Below, in pieces: positions 8,401 through 16,524 of a DNA stretch of 24,000 nt. A model generated the notes under the pieces. It did no database searches. It was not told the DNA's origin and saw only the letters and a list, made by a program, of their open reading frames with translations. Position 1 is the first letter of the stretch; each line of letters starts with the position of its first letter. The position numbers and the translations under genes were made by a program. Source of the stretch: Kluyvera cryocrescens NBRC 102467 (GTDB taxonomy: Bacteria > Pseudomonadota > Gammaproteobacteria > Enterobacterales > Enterobacteriaceae); assembly GCF_001571285.1 (NCBI RefSeq), contig NZ_BCTM01000001.1, positions 258,667 to 282,666 of the forward strand, read 5' to 3'.

Positions 8401-9686
8401 CGCATCGCGCGCTTTAAGATCCGTTCTGATTGACGTTTGAAATCCGTTGCCGCTTCGGCGACGGTTTTCTTACCGTAGTCAATCGACTGCAGTGCGCTAT
8501 CAAACTCCTGTACCAACTGTGGGTCTTCAAGATATGGCGATACCGAAAGCTGCTTCGGCAGCGCCAGCGCCTGTTTAATCCCGGCAACCGAAGGATCCTT
8601 GTCGTTAATCACCCCGGCCGCCGTCAACGTCGCCACCGCACTTTTGCTCAGCGGTACGCCACGCTCCAGCCCCAGTAGCGTCACCCCCTCTTTGCTGTTA
8701 AGCAGGAAGTTAATCAGCTTCGCCGCCGCCTGCGGATTTTTACTGGTTTTACCAATCGACAACATCATTGAGGGCTTCATAAACAGCCCCGCATCGGTCG
8801 CCCCCGGCAGCATCGGATAATCACCGAGCACCAGTTTAGCCGGTGGCTTGAGGTTATCGGAGTATTTGGTGACCGCGGTGTTCCACATGTACACCCCGCC
8901 CCACTCGCCCTCAATCCACGGCTTCATTTCATACATGTTGCCCTTGCCGAAAGAGGCGTAATACTTCATATCCGGGATAACATGATTGCTCACCAGATCT
9001 TTATACAGCTGGAAAAACTCCACCCATTGCGCGTCGCTGTAGGAAAACTTTTTCGCCTTCTCGTCGATGGCCGGAAGATTGTATTTCTGCACCATGTACG
9101 AATTGAGCAGCGCCAGCACGCCAAGGCTTTCCGGCGCGACAGGATAATACTGTTTACCCAGTTTGCTCTCGAAAGTTTTGCCGGCAGTCATCAGTTCATC
9201 CCAGTTTTTCGGGAAGCTTAGCCCGGCCTTTTCCCAGGTCTGGTCGTTGAAATAAAAAATACGTGCAGTCATCGCTACCGGAATGCCGTTGAGCTTGCCC
9301 TTCACCGTCACCGGTTGGAGATCCGAAGCCGTGAAATTCTCGAGCCCAATCTCCGTTTTCACCTGGTTCAGGTCGTAAAAGCCGCTGCCGTCCTTGGAGA
9401 ACAGCGTCAGCCAGTTCCAGTTGGTCTGCATGACATCAGGTTCAGTGCCGCCCGCCAACTGCGTGGTCAGACGCGAAGTGTGACCATCCCAGCCGGTATA
9501 TTCGGCTTTGACGTTAATGTCCGGATATTGCTGATGAAAGGCTTCCAGCGCTTTGAGCGTCACCTGATGGCGGCCATTACCGCCCCACCAGGACATGCGT
9601 AGATCGACGGTTTCCGCCGCCAGGGCAGAGGCAGTACAGGCGCTTAGCACCAGCGGTAGAGCTATTCGGAAAGATTTATTATGCAT
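8397..9686 (-). CDS. Periplasmic family-1 (carbohydrate-type) ABC substrate-binding protein, possibly TogB-like oligogalacturonide-binding
   Basis: 429 aa with a signal peptide ([25 protein letters not shown]). The motifs [12 protein letters not shown]...[29 protein letters not shown] resemble what I remember of TogB-type binding proteins; this is unverified. There is no adjacent family-1-type (MalFG-like) permease. Confidence 0.75.
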   Translation of the reverse strand: MHNKSFRIALPLVLSACTASALAAETVDLRMSWWGGNGRHQVTLKALEAFHQQYPDINVKAEYTGWDGHTSRLTTQLAGGTEPDVMQTNWNWLTLFSKDGSGFYDLNQVKTEIGLENFTASDLQPVTVKGKLNGIPVAMTARIFYFNDQTWEKAGLSFPKNWDELMTAGKTFESKLGKQYYPVAPESLGVLALLNSYMVQKYNLPAIDEKAKKFSYSDAQWVEFFQLYKDLVSNHVIPDMKYYASFGKGNMYEMKPWIEGEWGGVYMWNTAVTKYSDNLKPPAKLVLGDYPMLPGATDAGLFMKPSMMLSIGKTSKNPQAAAKLINFLLNSKEGVTLLGLERGVPLSKSAVATLTAAGVINDKDPSVAGIKQALALPKQLSVSPYLEDPQLVQEFDSALQSIDYGKKTVAEAATDFKRQSERILKRAMR

Positions 9687-9712
9687 TTTTTATTGTTTCC
9701 CAGAGGTCGTTG

Positions 9713-9740
9713 GTCGGATAGCACGTACGCGCTATCCGAC
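9713..9740. repeat. REP-like palindromic element / intergenic hairpin
   Basis: GTCGGATAGC-acgtacgc-GCTATCCGAC is a perfect 10-bp stem that resembles enterobacterial REP units (..GGATA.GC....GC.TATCC..). It lies between the distal ATPase gene and the family-1 SBP gene. No U-tract follows it on the - strand. Confidence 0.5.
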
Positions 9741-9799
9741 TTTCTGTGTCGAGCGGCCCGCTGGCACTGCGCCAATCGGGCCGACAGCGACGGTATCGA

Positions 9800-10573
9800 T
9801 CAATACGCGGCAACCTCCCGCGCCATTTCTCGCGTGTACTGACGGCTGGCGTTAACCAGCATCTGCGTATACGGCGTTTGCGCCTCACCGCTCACCAACG
9901 CATCTACGGTCAGCGTTTCCAGAATTTTGCCGTACTGCATCACCGCCACCTTCTGGCAGAGATGGGCAATAACCCCCAGATCGTGGGTCACCATCAGATA
10001 GGTGAGATTCGACTCCGCCTGCAGCTCCGCCAGCAGATTGAGAATTTCTGCCTGTACCGACACATCCAGCGCCGAGGTCGGTTCATCGAGCAGCAGCACC
10101 TGCGGTTCGAGGATCAGCGCGCGAGCGATTGCCACGCGCTGTCGCTGCCCGCCGGAGAGCTGGTGTGGATAGCGATGACGGAACGCGCGATTTAGCCCCA
10201 CGCGATCGAGCAGATGATTGATCCGCCGATCGCGGTCGTTAATGCCGTGGATTTGCAGCGGCTCTTCAAGAATGTCGCCAATGGTATGGCGCGGGTGCAG
10301 CGAACCGTAAGGATCCTGAAATACCATCTGCACCTTGCGGCAGCGCTCGCGGCTTAAGGTGTTCCCCAGCCGCTGGCCGCCAATCGCCAGCTCACCCTGC
10401 CAGTGGTTAAACAACCCAGCCAGGCACTTCAGCACCGTGGTTTTCCCGGAGCCGGACTCCCCCACCAGGCCGTAAATCTCGCCCGGCTGAACGTGGAAAT
10501 TCACGTCATACAGCACCTGGTTACGCTTGTCGCCCTCGCCGAAAACCAGATTCAGGTTTTTTACTTCAATCAT
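9800..10573 (-). CDS. ABC transporter ATP-binding protein (DppF/DdpF/NikE-like)
   Basis: 257 aa. Walker A GESGSGKTT, signature LSGGQRQRVAIA, Walker B LLLDEPTSALD, H-loop MVTHD, short C-terminal TPYTQ motif. AAGGAG SD 6 nt upstream. Confidence 0.9.
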   Translation of the reverse strand: MIEVKNLNLVFGEGDKRNQVLYDVNFHVQPGEIYGLVGESGSGKTTVLKCLAGLFNHWQGELAIGGQRLGNTLSRERCRKVQMVFQDPYGSLHPRHTIGDILEEPLQIHGINDRDRRINHLLDRVGLNRAFRHRYPHQLSGGQRQRVAIARALILEPQVLLLDEPTSALDVSVQAEILNLLAELQAESNLTYLMVTHDLGVIAHLCQKVAVMQYGKILETLTVDALVSGEAQTPYTQMLVNASRQYTREMAREVAAY

Positions 10574-10583
10574 CGTGCGCTCC

Positions 10584-11459
10584 TTAGTCCGTCAGCCAAC
10601 TGGCCTGACGTTGCAGCACCGGCAGTACCGGGCGGCGATGTTGCATATCCGGCAGAGCGCTAATCAGCCCCTGCGTATACGGATGCTGCGCATGATCAAG
10701 ATCGCAGGCGGCGATGGACTCCACCACTCGCCCGGCGTACATCACCAGCACGCGATCGCAGAAGCTGCGCACCAGGTTGATGTCGTGGCTGATAAAAATC
10801 AGCCCCAGACCGCGGGATTTGACCAAATCATCAAGCAGCCCCAGCACCTGCAAACGAACCGAAACGTCCAGCGCTGAGGTCGGCTCATCGGCAATCACCA
10901 GCTCCGGGTCGGTAATCAGCATCATGGCAATCATGATGCGCTGCCCCTGACCACCGGAGATTTCATGCGGATAGAGCTGATAAACCCGCTCGGGGTCGCG
11001 AATACGCACCACGTCCAGCATCTCCAGCGCTTTGGCTTTCGCTTCCGATTTATGCCCCGGATGATGCGTCAGCCAGGCTTCCGCAATCTGGTCACCCACG
11101 CGTACCACCGGGTTCAGCGAGTATTTGGGATCCTGCATAATCATTGAAATCCGTTTGCCGCGAATAGCGCGCATCTGCGCCTCGCTGGCATTCAGCAAGT
11201 CAATGTCACCAAACTGCATCAGACTGGCGCCGATACGCGCCTTTTTTGGGTGCAGGTGCAGCAGCGCCCGTCCGACGGTGGATTTCCCGGAGCCGGATTC
11301 GCCGACAATCGCCAGCTTTTCCCGCCCCAGTTGGAAGGAGACGCCGCGGACCGCATGGGTCACCGCGTCCCCGTTGACGAAGTCGACGCTTAGATCGCGT
11401 ATGTCAAGCAGCGGTACAGCGTTATTCGCTGCGAGGATCGAGGATGTCACGTAGGCCAT
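10584..11459 (-). CDS. ABC transporter ATP-binding protein (DppD/DdpD/NikD-like)
   Basis: 291 aa. Walker A GESGSGKST, signature ISGGQGQRIMIA, Walker B VIADEPTSALD, H-loop ISHD, C-terminal HPYTQGL motif. The start is uncertain: ATG 11459 abuts an AGGAG with no spacing, while GTG 11450 sits 9 nt after that AGGAG. Either start overlaps the upstream permease gene. Confidence 0.88.
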   Translation of the reverse strand: MAYVTSSILAANNAVPLLDIRDLSVDFVNGDAVTHAVRGVSFQLGREKLAIVGESGSGKSTVGRALLHLHPKKARIGASLMQFGDIDLLNASEAQMRAIRGKRISMIMQDPKYSLNPVVRVGDQIAEAWLTHHPGHKSEAKAKALEMLDVVRIRDPERVYQLYPHEISGGQGQRIMIAMMLITDPELVIADEPTSALDVSVRLQVLGLLDDLVKSRGLGLIFISHDINLVRSFCDRVLVMYAGRVVESIAACDLDHAQHPYTQGLISALPDMQHRRPVLPVLQRQASWLTD

Positions 11460-12327
11460 CTCCTAAAAAGTTGAACGCTAAGCTGTTGATAAGAATCGCC
11501 AGCCCCGGAATTGTCACCACCCACCAGCACTCCATCATGTAGGTACGGCCACTGGAGATCATCGCGCCCCACTCCGGCTCCGGCGGCTGCGCGCCAAGGC
11601 CGAGGAAGCCCAGACCGGCAGCGGTCAGAATGATCCCCGCCATGTTCATGGTGATACGGATGATCACCGAGGGCAGGCACAGCGGAACAATATGCCGCCA
11701 CAGCACGCGCGCCGGTGAGGCTCCTTGCAGACGGACGGCTGAGATAAAGTCGGCCTGTCGCAGCGAAAGCGTTTCGGCACGCGCCAGACGGGCAATCGGC
11801 GGCCAGGCGGTCAGGGTAATGGCGATAACCACGTGCTCAAGTCCCGGGCCTAAGGCGGCGACAAACGCCAACGCCAGCACCAGGCTTGGGAAGGAGATAA
11901 AGATATCGGTGACGCGCATCAGCACCATATCGACCTTGCCGCCAAAGTAGCCGGCGCAAACGCCAAGCAGCAGCCCGAGCGGCCCCACGGTAACCGACAC
12001 CAGCAGCACGATGTACAGCGTAATCCGCGAGCCGTAAACCAACCGGCTGAAGATATCGCGGCCAAACTCATCGGTGCCGAACCAGTGCTGAGCATTCGGC
12101 GCGGTCAGCGCGTTATTCAGGTCCTGTACCAGCGGTTTGTACGGGGCAATCCACGGCGCAAAAATCGCCACAATCACCAGCAGGAAGATGATCCCGCCGC
12201 CGATAGCGGTCAGGGGATTCCGCGCCATTTTGCCGATAAAACCCCCGGCACGGGTGAAACTGCGCAGCAGGCGCTGGCGGCCTTCACCGCCCCCGCTGGC
12301 CAGCGATGTATCCAGAGAAACCGTCAT
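11422..12327 (-). CDS. ABC transporter permease (DppC/OppC family)
   Basis: 301 aa, multi-TMS. It has the N-terminal extension typical of OppC/DppC and an EAA-like loop (ARLARAETLSLRQADFISAVRLQGAS). ATGA overlap with the upstream permease gene. Confidence 0.9.
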   Translation of the reverse strand: MTVSLDTSLASGGGEGRQRLLRSFTRAGGFIGKMARNPLTAIGGGIIFLLVIVAIFAPWIAPYKPLVQDLNNALTAPNAQHWFGTDEFGRDIFSRLVYGSRITLYIVLLVSVTVGPLGLLLGVCAGYFGGKVDMVLMRVTDIFISFPSLVLALAFVAALGPGLEHVVIAITLTAWPPIARLARAETLSLRQADFISAVRLQGASPARVLWRHIVPLCLPSVIIRITMNMAGIILTAAGLGFLGLGAQPPEPEWGAMISSGRTYMMECWWVVTIPGLAILINSLAFNFLGDGLRDILDPRSE

Positions 12328-13361
12328 GATTTTGTCCTCGGATCGAAGAATTGATACAGCATGTCGGAGAGCAGATTGAGCATCACGAAGATCACGCCAA
12401 CCAACAGCACGCAGCCCATCACCGCATTCATATCCCCCAGCAGCAGGCTACCGGTGAGATACGAGCCAAAGCCGGGCCACGAGAAGACGGTTTCAATCAG
12501 GACCGCCCCTTCCAGCAGGGAGCCGTAGGCCAGCGCCACCACCGTCAGCAGTTGCACCAGAATGTTACGGAAGGCGTGATTCCAGATAACCTGGCGTTCG
12601 GTGAGCCCTTTCACTCGCGCCGTGATAATGAACTCCTGCGACAGCTGCGCCAGCATAAAGCTGCGGGTCATACGGCTGATGTAGGCCAGCGAGTGGAAGC
12701 CCAGCAGCGCGGCGGGTAGAACCAGGTGATTAATGGCGTTCCAGAACACCTCACTGTTACCGGCCAGCAGCGCATCGACGGTCATCAACCCGGTGCGGCG
12801 CGGCACAATACCGTCCAGCCCCAGATCCACGCGCCCGGCGCCGCCTACCCAGCCTAGCCAGGCGTAGAACACCAATAGCCCCATCATCCCGACCCAGAAA
12901 ATCGGCGTCGAATAACCGGCGAGGCTGATAATGCGCACCACGTAATCGGAGAAACTGTTACGACGTGCCGCCGCCAGCACCCCTAGCGGAATACCGAGGC
13001 CTGCACCGACAATAATCGCCATCGTCGCCAGCTCCATGGTGGCTGGGAAAACGCGAATAATATCGTCAAGCACCGGTTTCCCGGTCAGTAGCGCATTGCC
13101 CAAATCACCGTGCAAAAGGTTGACAAAATAAATGCCAAACTGCTGCATCAGCGACTGATCAAAGCCCAACTGGTGGTACACCTGCTGGTAGGTGCTCTGG
13201 TCAGCGTCCGGCCCAACAATCGCCAGCACCGGGTCAATGGGCATCACGCGGCCAATAAAGAAGGTCAGCAGCAGCAGGCCAAACAGCGTTATCGCTACCT
13301 GGATCAATCGTTTTGAGAAGCGCCGGGTACGAGAGCCGGGCGCGAGAATTGCCGTACTCAT
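12324..13361 (-). CDS. ABC transporter permease (DppB/OppB family)
   Basis: 345 aa, multi-TMS, with an EAA-like loop (ISRMTRSFMLAQLSQEFIITARVKGLT). ATGA overlap with the SBP gene stop. Confidence 0.9.
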   Translation of the reverse strand: MSTAILAPGSRTRRFSKRLIQVAITLFGLLLLTFFIGRVMPIDPVLAIVGPDADQSTYQQVYHQLGFDQSLMQQFGIYFVNLLHGDLGNALLTGKPVLDDIIRVFPATMELATMAIIVGAGLGIPLGVLAAARRNSFSDYVVRIISLAGYSTPIFWVGMMGLLVFYAWLGWVGGAGRVDLGLDGIVPRRTGLMTVDALLAGNSEVFWNAINHLVLPAALLGFHSLAYISRMTRSFMLAQLSQEFIITARVKGLTERQVIWNHAFRNILVQLLTVVALAYGSLLEGAVLIETVFSWPGFGSYLTGSLLLGDMNAVMGCVLLVGVIFVMLNLLSDMLYQFFDPRTKS

Positions 13362-14980
13362 CCTTTATCTCCTTCGCTAACTTTGTAGACTTCACGCAGG
13401 AACGTCGACGCCGACGGGTGCGGTTTGTAATCTTTCACTTCATTACGCACCACCACCGAATCCACCATCTGCGACACGGGGATCATCGCCGGGATCAGTT
13501 GGTCAAATCGCGTCTGCACCGCCTGGTATTCCGCGACCTGTTTTTGCGGGTCGCGCTGCAGCAGCGCATGGTCGATCATCTCGTTGAGCTGTTTATCGTA
13601 GAAACCGGTGCGCCAGCCCTGGAAGTTGGTCAATCGCGCTTCATCGCTGTTGTCCGGGTTATAGACCAGCGCGCGCAGGCTGGAATGTGGATGGGGCTCC
13701 ATACCGCTACCGCCGCGCCCAACCAGCATGTCGAACTTACGTTCGCGCATCGCGCCGTAGATCTGGTTACCGGTGCCGGTAATGATTTTGGCGTTGATCC
13801 CCGCCTGCATCAGCGTGGACTGCACGGCAATGGCAATATTGAGGAACGGCTGATCGGATAGCACCCGCAGGGTGGTATCAAAGCCGTCAGGGTATCCGGC
13901 CTCCGCCAGCAGCTTCTTCGCCCTCGCCAGATCGAAGGTGTAGCCCGGATCTGGCAGCGTCGATGGCATCCCCGCTTTAATTGGCCGCTGGTGCAGCACA
14001 CCGTAACCCGGCATTAGGGCTTTGTTGATTCCCTGATAATCAATCAGATAGCGCACCGCTTCGCGGACTTTTGGAGTGGCGAAGTGCGGCTCCTTCATGC
14101 TCATTGAGACGTAGTACATGGTGCCGCGCTGCACAGCGTCGACGGTCAGCGCCGGGTCTTTACGCAGGGCGTTGATATCGGAAACCGCCATATTGTTCGC
14201 GATGTCCAGGTCACCCTTCTCAATCATCAGGCGCAGAGTTTGTGACTCCTGGAAATGACGCAGCACCACGCGGCTCATCTTCGGCTCACCGCGCCAGTAC
14301 TCCGGATTGCGCTTCATGCGCAGCACATCTTTTGCCTGCCAGGTTTCCAGCATAAACGGCCCGGAACCGGCTTCGTGAGTGGTCAGCCAGCGATTTCCCC
14401 AGTCGTTGTCTTGTTCGTGGCTCTGCACCGTTTTGCTGTCGAGCACCCCAAGGTTGCCCAGCGCACCCAGCGAGTAAATGACCAACTGCGGGTCGTTGTC
14501 TTTTGGCAGGACAATCTGCACGGTGTAGTCGTCAAGCGCGGTCACCTGCTTATCGACGTTCTTTTTACTAAAGCCGTACGACTTCCACACCGACGCCTGC
14601 GCCAGGTTGAGGTGCAGAATGCGCCGCATGGACCACACCACATCGGCGGCGGTCAGCGGATTGCCGGAGTGAAACTTGACGTTGTCCTGCAGATGGAAGG
14701 TCAGCGTTTTGCCGTCCGGGCTGATATCCCAGGACTTGGCCAGCGCGGGTTTCACGTGGGTGAGCTGCTCAGGATCGAGCTCCACCAGCGAGTCGTAGAG
14801 GTTAACCACAATCCCGACCACTTCGTTACCGGTCATCGCTGCCGGGTCAAGAGTCAGGAGGTTATTCATATTCATGCCGATGATAAGCTGATCGGGCGGC
14901 GTTTTGGCCATCGCCGCCCCGCTCCCCATCGTCATGGCGAGCGCGAGCAAACACGCTCCCAGTAAGGAGGATTTTTTCAT
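13358..14980 (-). CDS. Periplasmic family-5 substrate-binding protein (DppA/DdpA/NikA class: peptide/opine/nickel/oligosaccharide)
   Basis: 540 aa with a signal peptide (MKKSSLLGACLLALAMTMGSGAAMA/KT). Typical family-5 start (LIIGMNMNNLLTLDPA...LYDSLVE...LAKSW..S.DGKT.TFHL...VKFHSG) and GSGPF motif. Confidence 0.9.
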   Translation of the reverse strand: MKKSSLLGACLLALAMTMGSGAAMAKTPPDQLIIGMNMNNLLTLDPAAMTGNEVVGIVVNLYDSLVELDPEQLTHVKPALAKSWDISPDGKTLTFHLQDNVKFHSGNPLTAADVVWSMRRILHLNLAQASVWKSYGFSKKNVDKQVTALDDYTVQIVLPKDNDPQLVIYSLGALGNLGVLDSKTVQSHEQDNDWGNRWLTTHEAGSGPFMLETWQAKDVLRMKRNPEYWRGEPKMSRVVLRHFQESQTLRLMIEKGDLDIANNMAVSDINALRKDPALTVDAVQRGTMYYVSMSMKEPHFATPKVREAVRYLIDYQGINKALMPGYGVLHQRPIKAGMPSTLPDPGYTFDLARAKKLLAEAGYPDGFDTTLRVLSDQPFLNIAIAVQSTLMQAGINAKIITGTGNQIYGAMRERKFDMLVGRGGSGMEPHPHSSLRALVYNPDNSDEARLTNFQGWRTGFYDKQLNEMIDHALLQRDPQKQVAEYQAVQTRFDQLIPAMIPVSQMVDSVVVRNEVKDYKPHPSASTFLREVYKVSEGDKG

Positions 14981-14986
14981 CTATCT

Positions 14987-15024
14987 GTCGCCTGTAGGGT
15001 ACGACAGGCGACGAATCCATTCGT
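14987..15024 (-). promoter_or_regulatory. Intercistronic hairpins between the enolase-family gene and the SBP gene
   Basis: Perfect 9-bp stem GTCGCCTGT (14987-14995) / ACAGGCGAC (15004-15012). On the mRNA it ends 6 nt before the SBP AUG and contains the only purine-rich SD-like bases (AGG). An adjacent palindrome ACGAATccATTCGT (15011-15024) shares 2 nt with it. Confidence 0.5.
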
Positions 15025-15047
15025 GCCCGTCTTTTATTTGTTATGTG

Positions 15048-16202
15048 TCAGTCGTGGCTGACGGTGTTGGCTTCGATATAGTCAAAATTGATGTCTTCGC
15101 CCAATCCCGGACGTTGTGACAAATGCACAAACCCGTCGGCATCCATCGGATCGATGATGCTGTTCAGGTAGGCAGCAGGCTGGTCGTAGTCGAGGAATGG
15201 ATGCAGTAGCCCGCGCTCGTACCAGCGGCAGTTGCGAATCGCCCCTACCGCTGCCAGGCTTGCCGCGCCGTTGCCGTGGACTTCGCAATCCATACCGAAC
15301 GACTCCGCCAGCGCCGCCACTTTCATGGTTGGCCCAATGCCGCCCACGCCGTTGGCACCCGCACGCAGAATGTCGCAGGCCCCCGCTTTCACCCAATCCG
15401 CGCGGCTGTGGTGTTTGCCACCGAAGCTTTCCGGACCAATGATCGGAATCGACAGATTTTCAGCCAACCATGCATAGGACGACATGCTGTCCTCTTCCAT
15501 CGGCTCTTCAAACCAGGCGAAGTTGAGTTTTTCCAGCTCTTTACCGATCCACAGCGCTTCGGTACGGCTGTACCAGTGATAGCCGTCAATCATCAGGTCG
15601 ATATCCGGACCGACCGCTTCGCGCACCGCAGCGCAGGCTTTGATATCCATTTTCGGGTTTGGCGCGAAAGAGACCGGCGGCATCCAGGTGTGCAGCTTGA
15701 TAGCTTTATAGCCGCGCGCCACCAGCGTCTCACTGAATGCGGCGTACTCTTCCGGCGTGGACAGGCCGCCGGGTAAGTCATCGCCGCACATGGTGCTGCC
15801 GTAGGCTGGAACCTTATCGCGGTAGCCACCCAGCAGCTTGTAGACCGGCATATTAAGCTTGCGTCCGGCCAGGTCCCACAGCGCTTGCTCGACAAAAGAG
15901 AGTGCGCGCTCGGTGAGCTGATGCGCGCTGCCGCGCTGCCAATGCACCAGATCCTGCCAGATACGCTCGCGGTTAAACGGATCCTGGCCCACCAGCACTT
16001 TGCGGAAGAAGGTATTGACCACAAACGGGCGCACAATTTCCGGCGGCGCAAAGGAGTAACCTTTGCTGCCATCGTCCGCGGTAATGGTCAGCATCGCCAT
16101 TTTTGCCATGCTTTCAGGCCCCGGATGAGAGTGCCCGGCGCTGTCGGAAACGCGGCGCGTGGGATGCTGGAAGACGGTGACATTTACAGATTCAATTTTC
16201 AT
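15048..16202 (-). CDS. Enolase-superfamily enzyme, mandelate racemase/muconate-lactonizing family (acid-sugar-dehydratase-like), substrate unknown
   Basis: 384 aa. Candidate metal ligands are D206 (LMIDGYHW), E232 (WFEEP) and E258 (IIGPES), spaced 26+26 residues. A candidate Asp-His dyad is D277 (ACDILRAG) and H309 (CEVHG). Other features: strand-2 region GYKAIKLHTW, ALWDLAGR...PVYKLLGG motif, C-terminal PGLGEDINFD. AAGGA SD 7 nt upstream. Confidence 0.85.
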   Translation of the reverse strand: MKIESVNVTVFQHPTRRVSDSAGHSHPGPESMAKMAMLTITADDGSKGYSFAPPEIVRPFVVNTFFRKVLVGQDPFNRERIWQDLVHWQRGSAHQLTERALSFVEQALWDLAGRKLNMPVYKLLGGYRDKVPAYGSTMCGDDLPGGLSTPEEYAAFSETLVARGYKAIKLHTWMPPVSFAPNPKMDIKACAAVREAVGPDIDLMIDGYHWYSRTEALWIGKELEKLNFAWFEEPMEEDSMSSYAWLAENLSIPIIGPESFGGKHHSRADWVKAGACDILRAGANGVGGIGPTMKVAALAESFGMDCEVHGNGAASLAAVGAIRNCRWYERGLLHPFLDYDQPAAYLNSIIDPMDADGFVHLSQRPGLGEDINFDYIEANTVSHD

Positions 16203-16450
16203 TATGTGTCCTTAGTACAACATTCGAAATGGCGCGTTCCGCACCACAATCCTGTGTCCAACACTGATCCGATAAATCGGTTTTAGGGAATTGAAAAGGC
16301 GTTTCATCACTAATCTAAGCACAAAATAGCAGCGCTTCCACGGACAAATTCCGCTAACGCCGGGCTGTTTTTTGGGCAATCGCACAACAGTACGTGATGT
16401 TTTTCACAAAAGAGAGAGGGAATGTGAGAGGGATCAACCGCGATAAATCA

Positions 16451-16487
16451 CCGGATGATGCAGCCGTCAAACGGTGCGACATCCGGC
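16451..16487. repeat. REP-like palindromic element downstream of fbaB
   Basis: CCGGATG-atgcagccgtcaaacggtgcga-CATCCGG has 7-bp outer stems and partial inner pairing. It resembles enterobacterial REP and lies 38 nt past the fbaB stop. Confidence 0.45.
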
Positions 16488-16524
16488 AGGCCCGGTCAGC
16501 ATTGCGCCGCCGGGCAGAGAGCGA

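Noticed and set aside
9630-9686. Possible lipobox (VLSAC) in the signal peptide of the family-1 SBP
   Set aside because: The sequence also has a standard signal-peptidase-I site (ALA/AE) a few residues later, and periplasmic SBPs of Gram-negative bacteria are normally soluble. I cannot decide without a predictor such as SignalP or LipoP, so I make no claim.
13313-14965. + strand ORFs of 182 aa (13313-13861) and 236 aa (14255-14965) opposite the family-5 SBP gene; similar ORFs lie opposite the permease, ATPase and enolase genes
   Set aside because: All are antisense or out of frame relative to genes with clear family signatures (Walker motifs, EAA loops, signal peptides). Their His/Arg/Gln-rich composition is typical of reverse-strand artefacts.
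16361-16376. T6 run (GCCGGGCTGTTTTTTGGG) that looked like a + strand terminator in the fbaB / enolase-gene spacer
   Set aside because: I could not find a convincing complementary GC-rich stem upstream of the T-run, and no + strand gene ends nearby.
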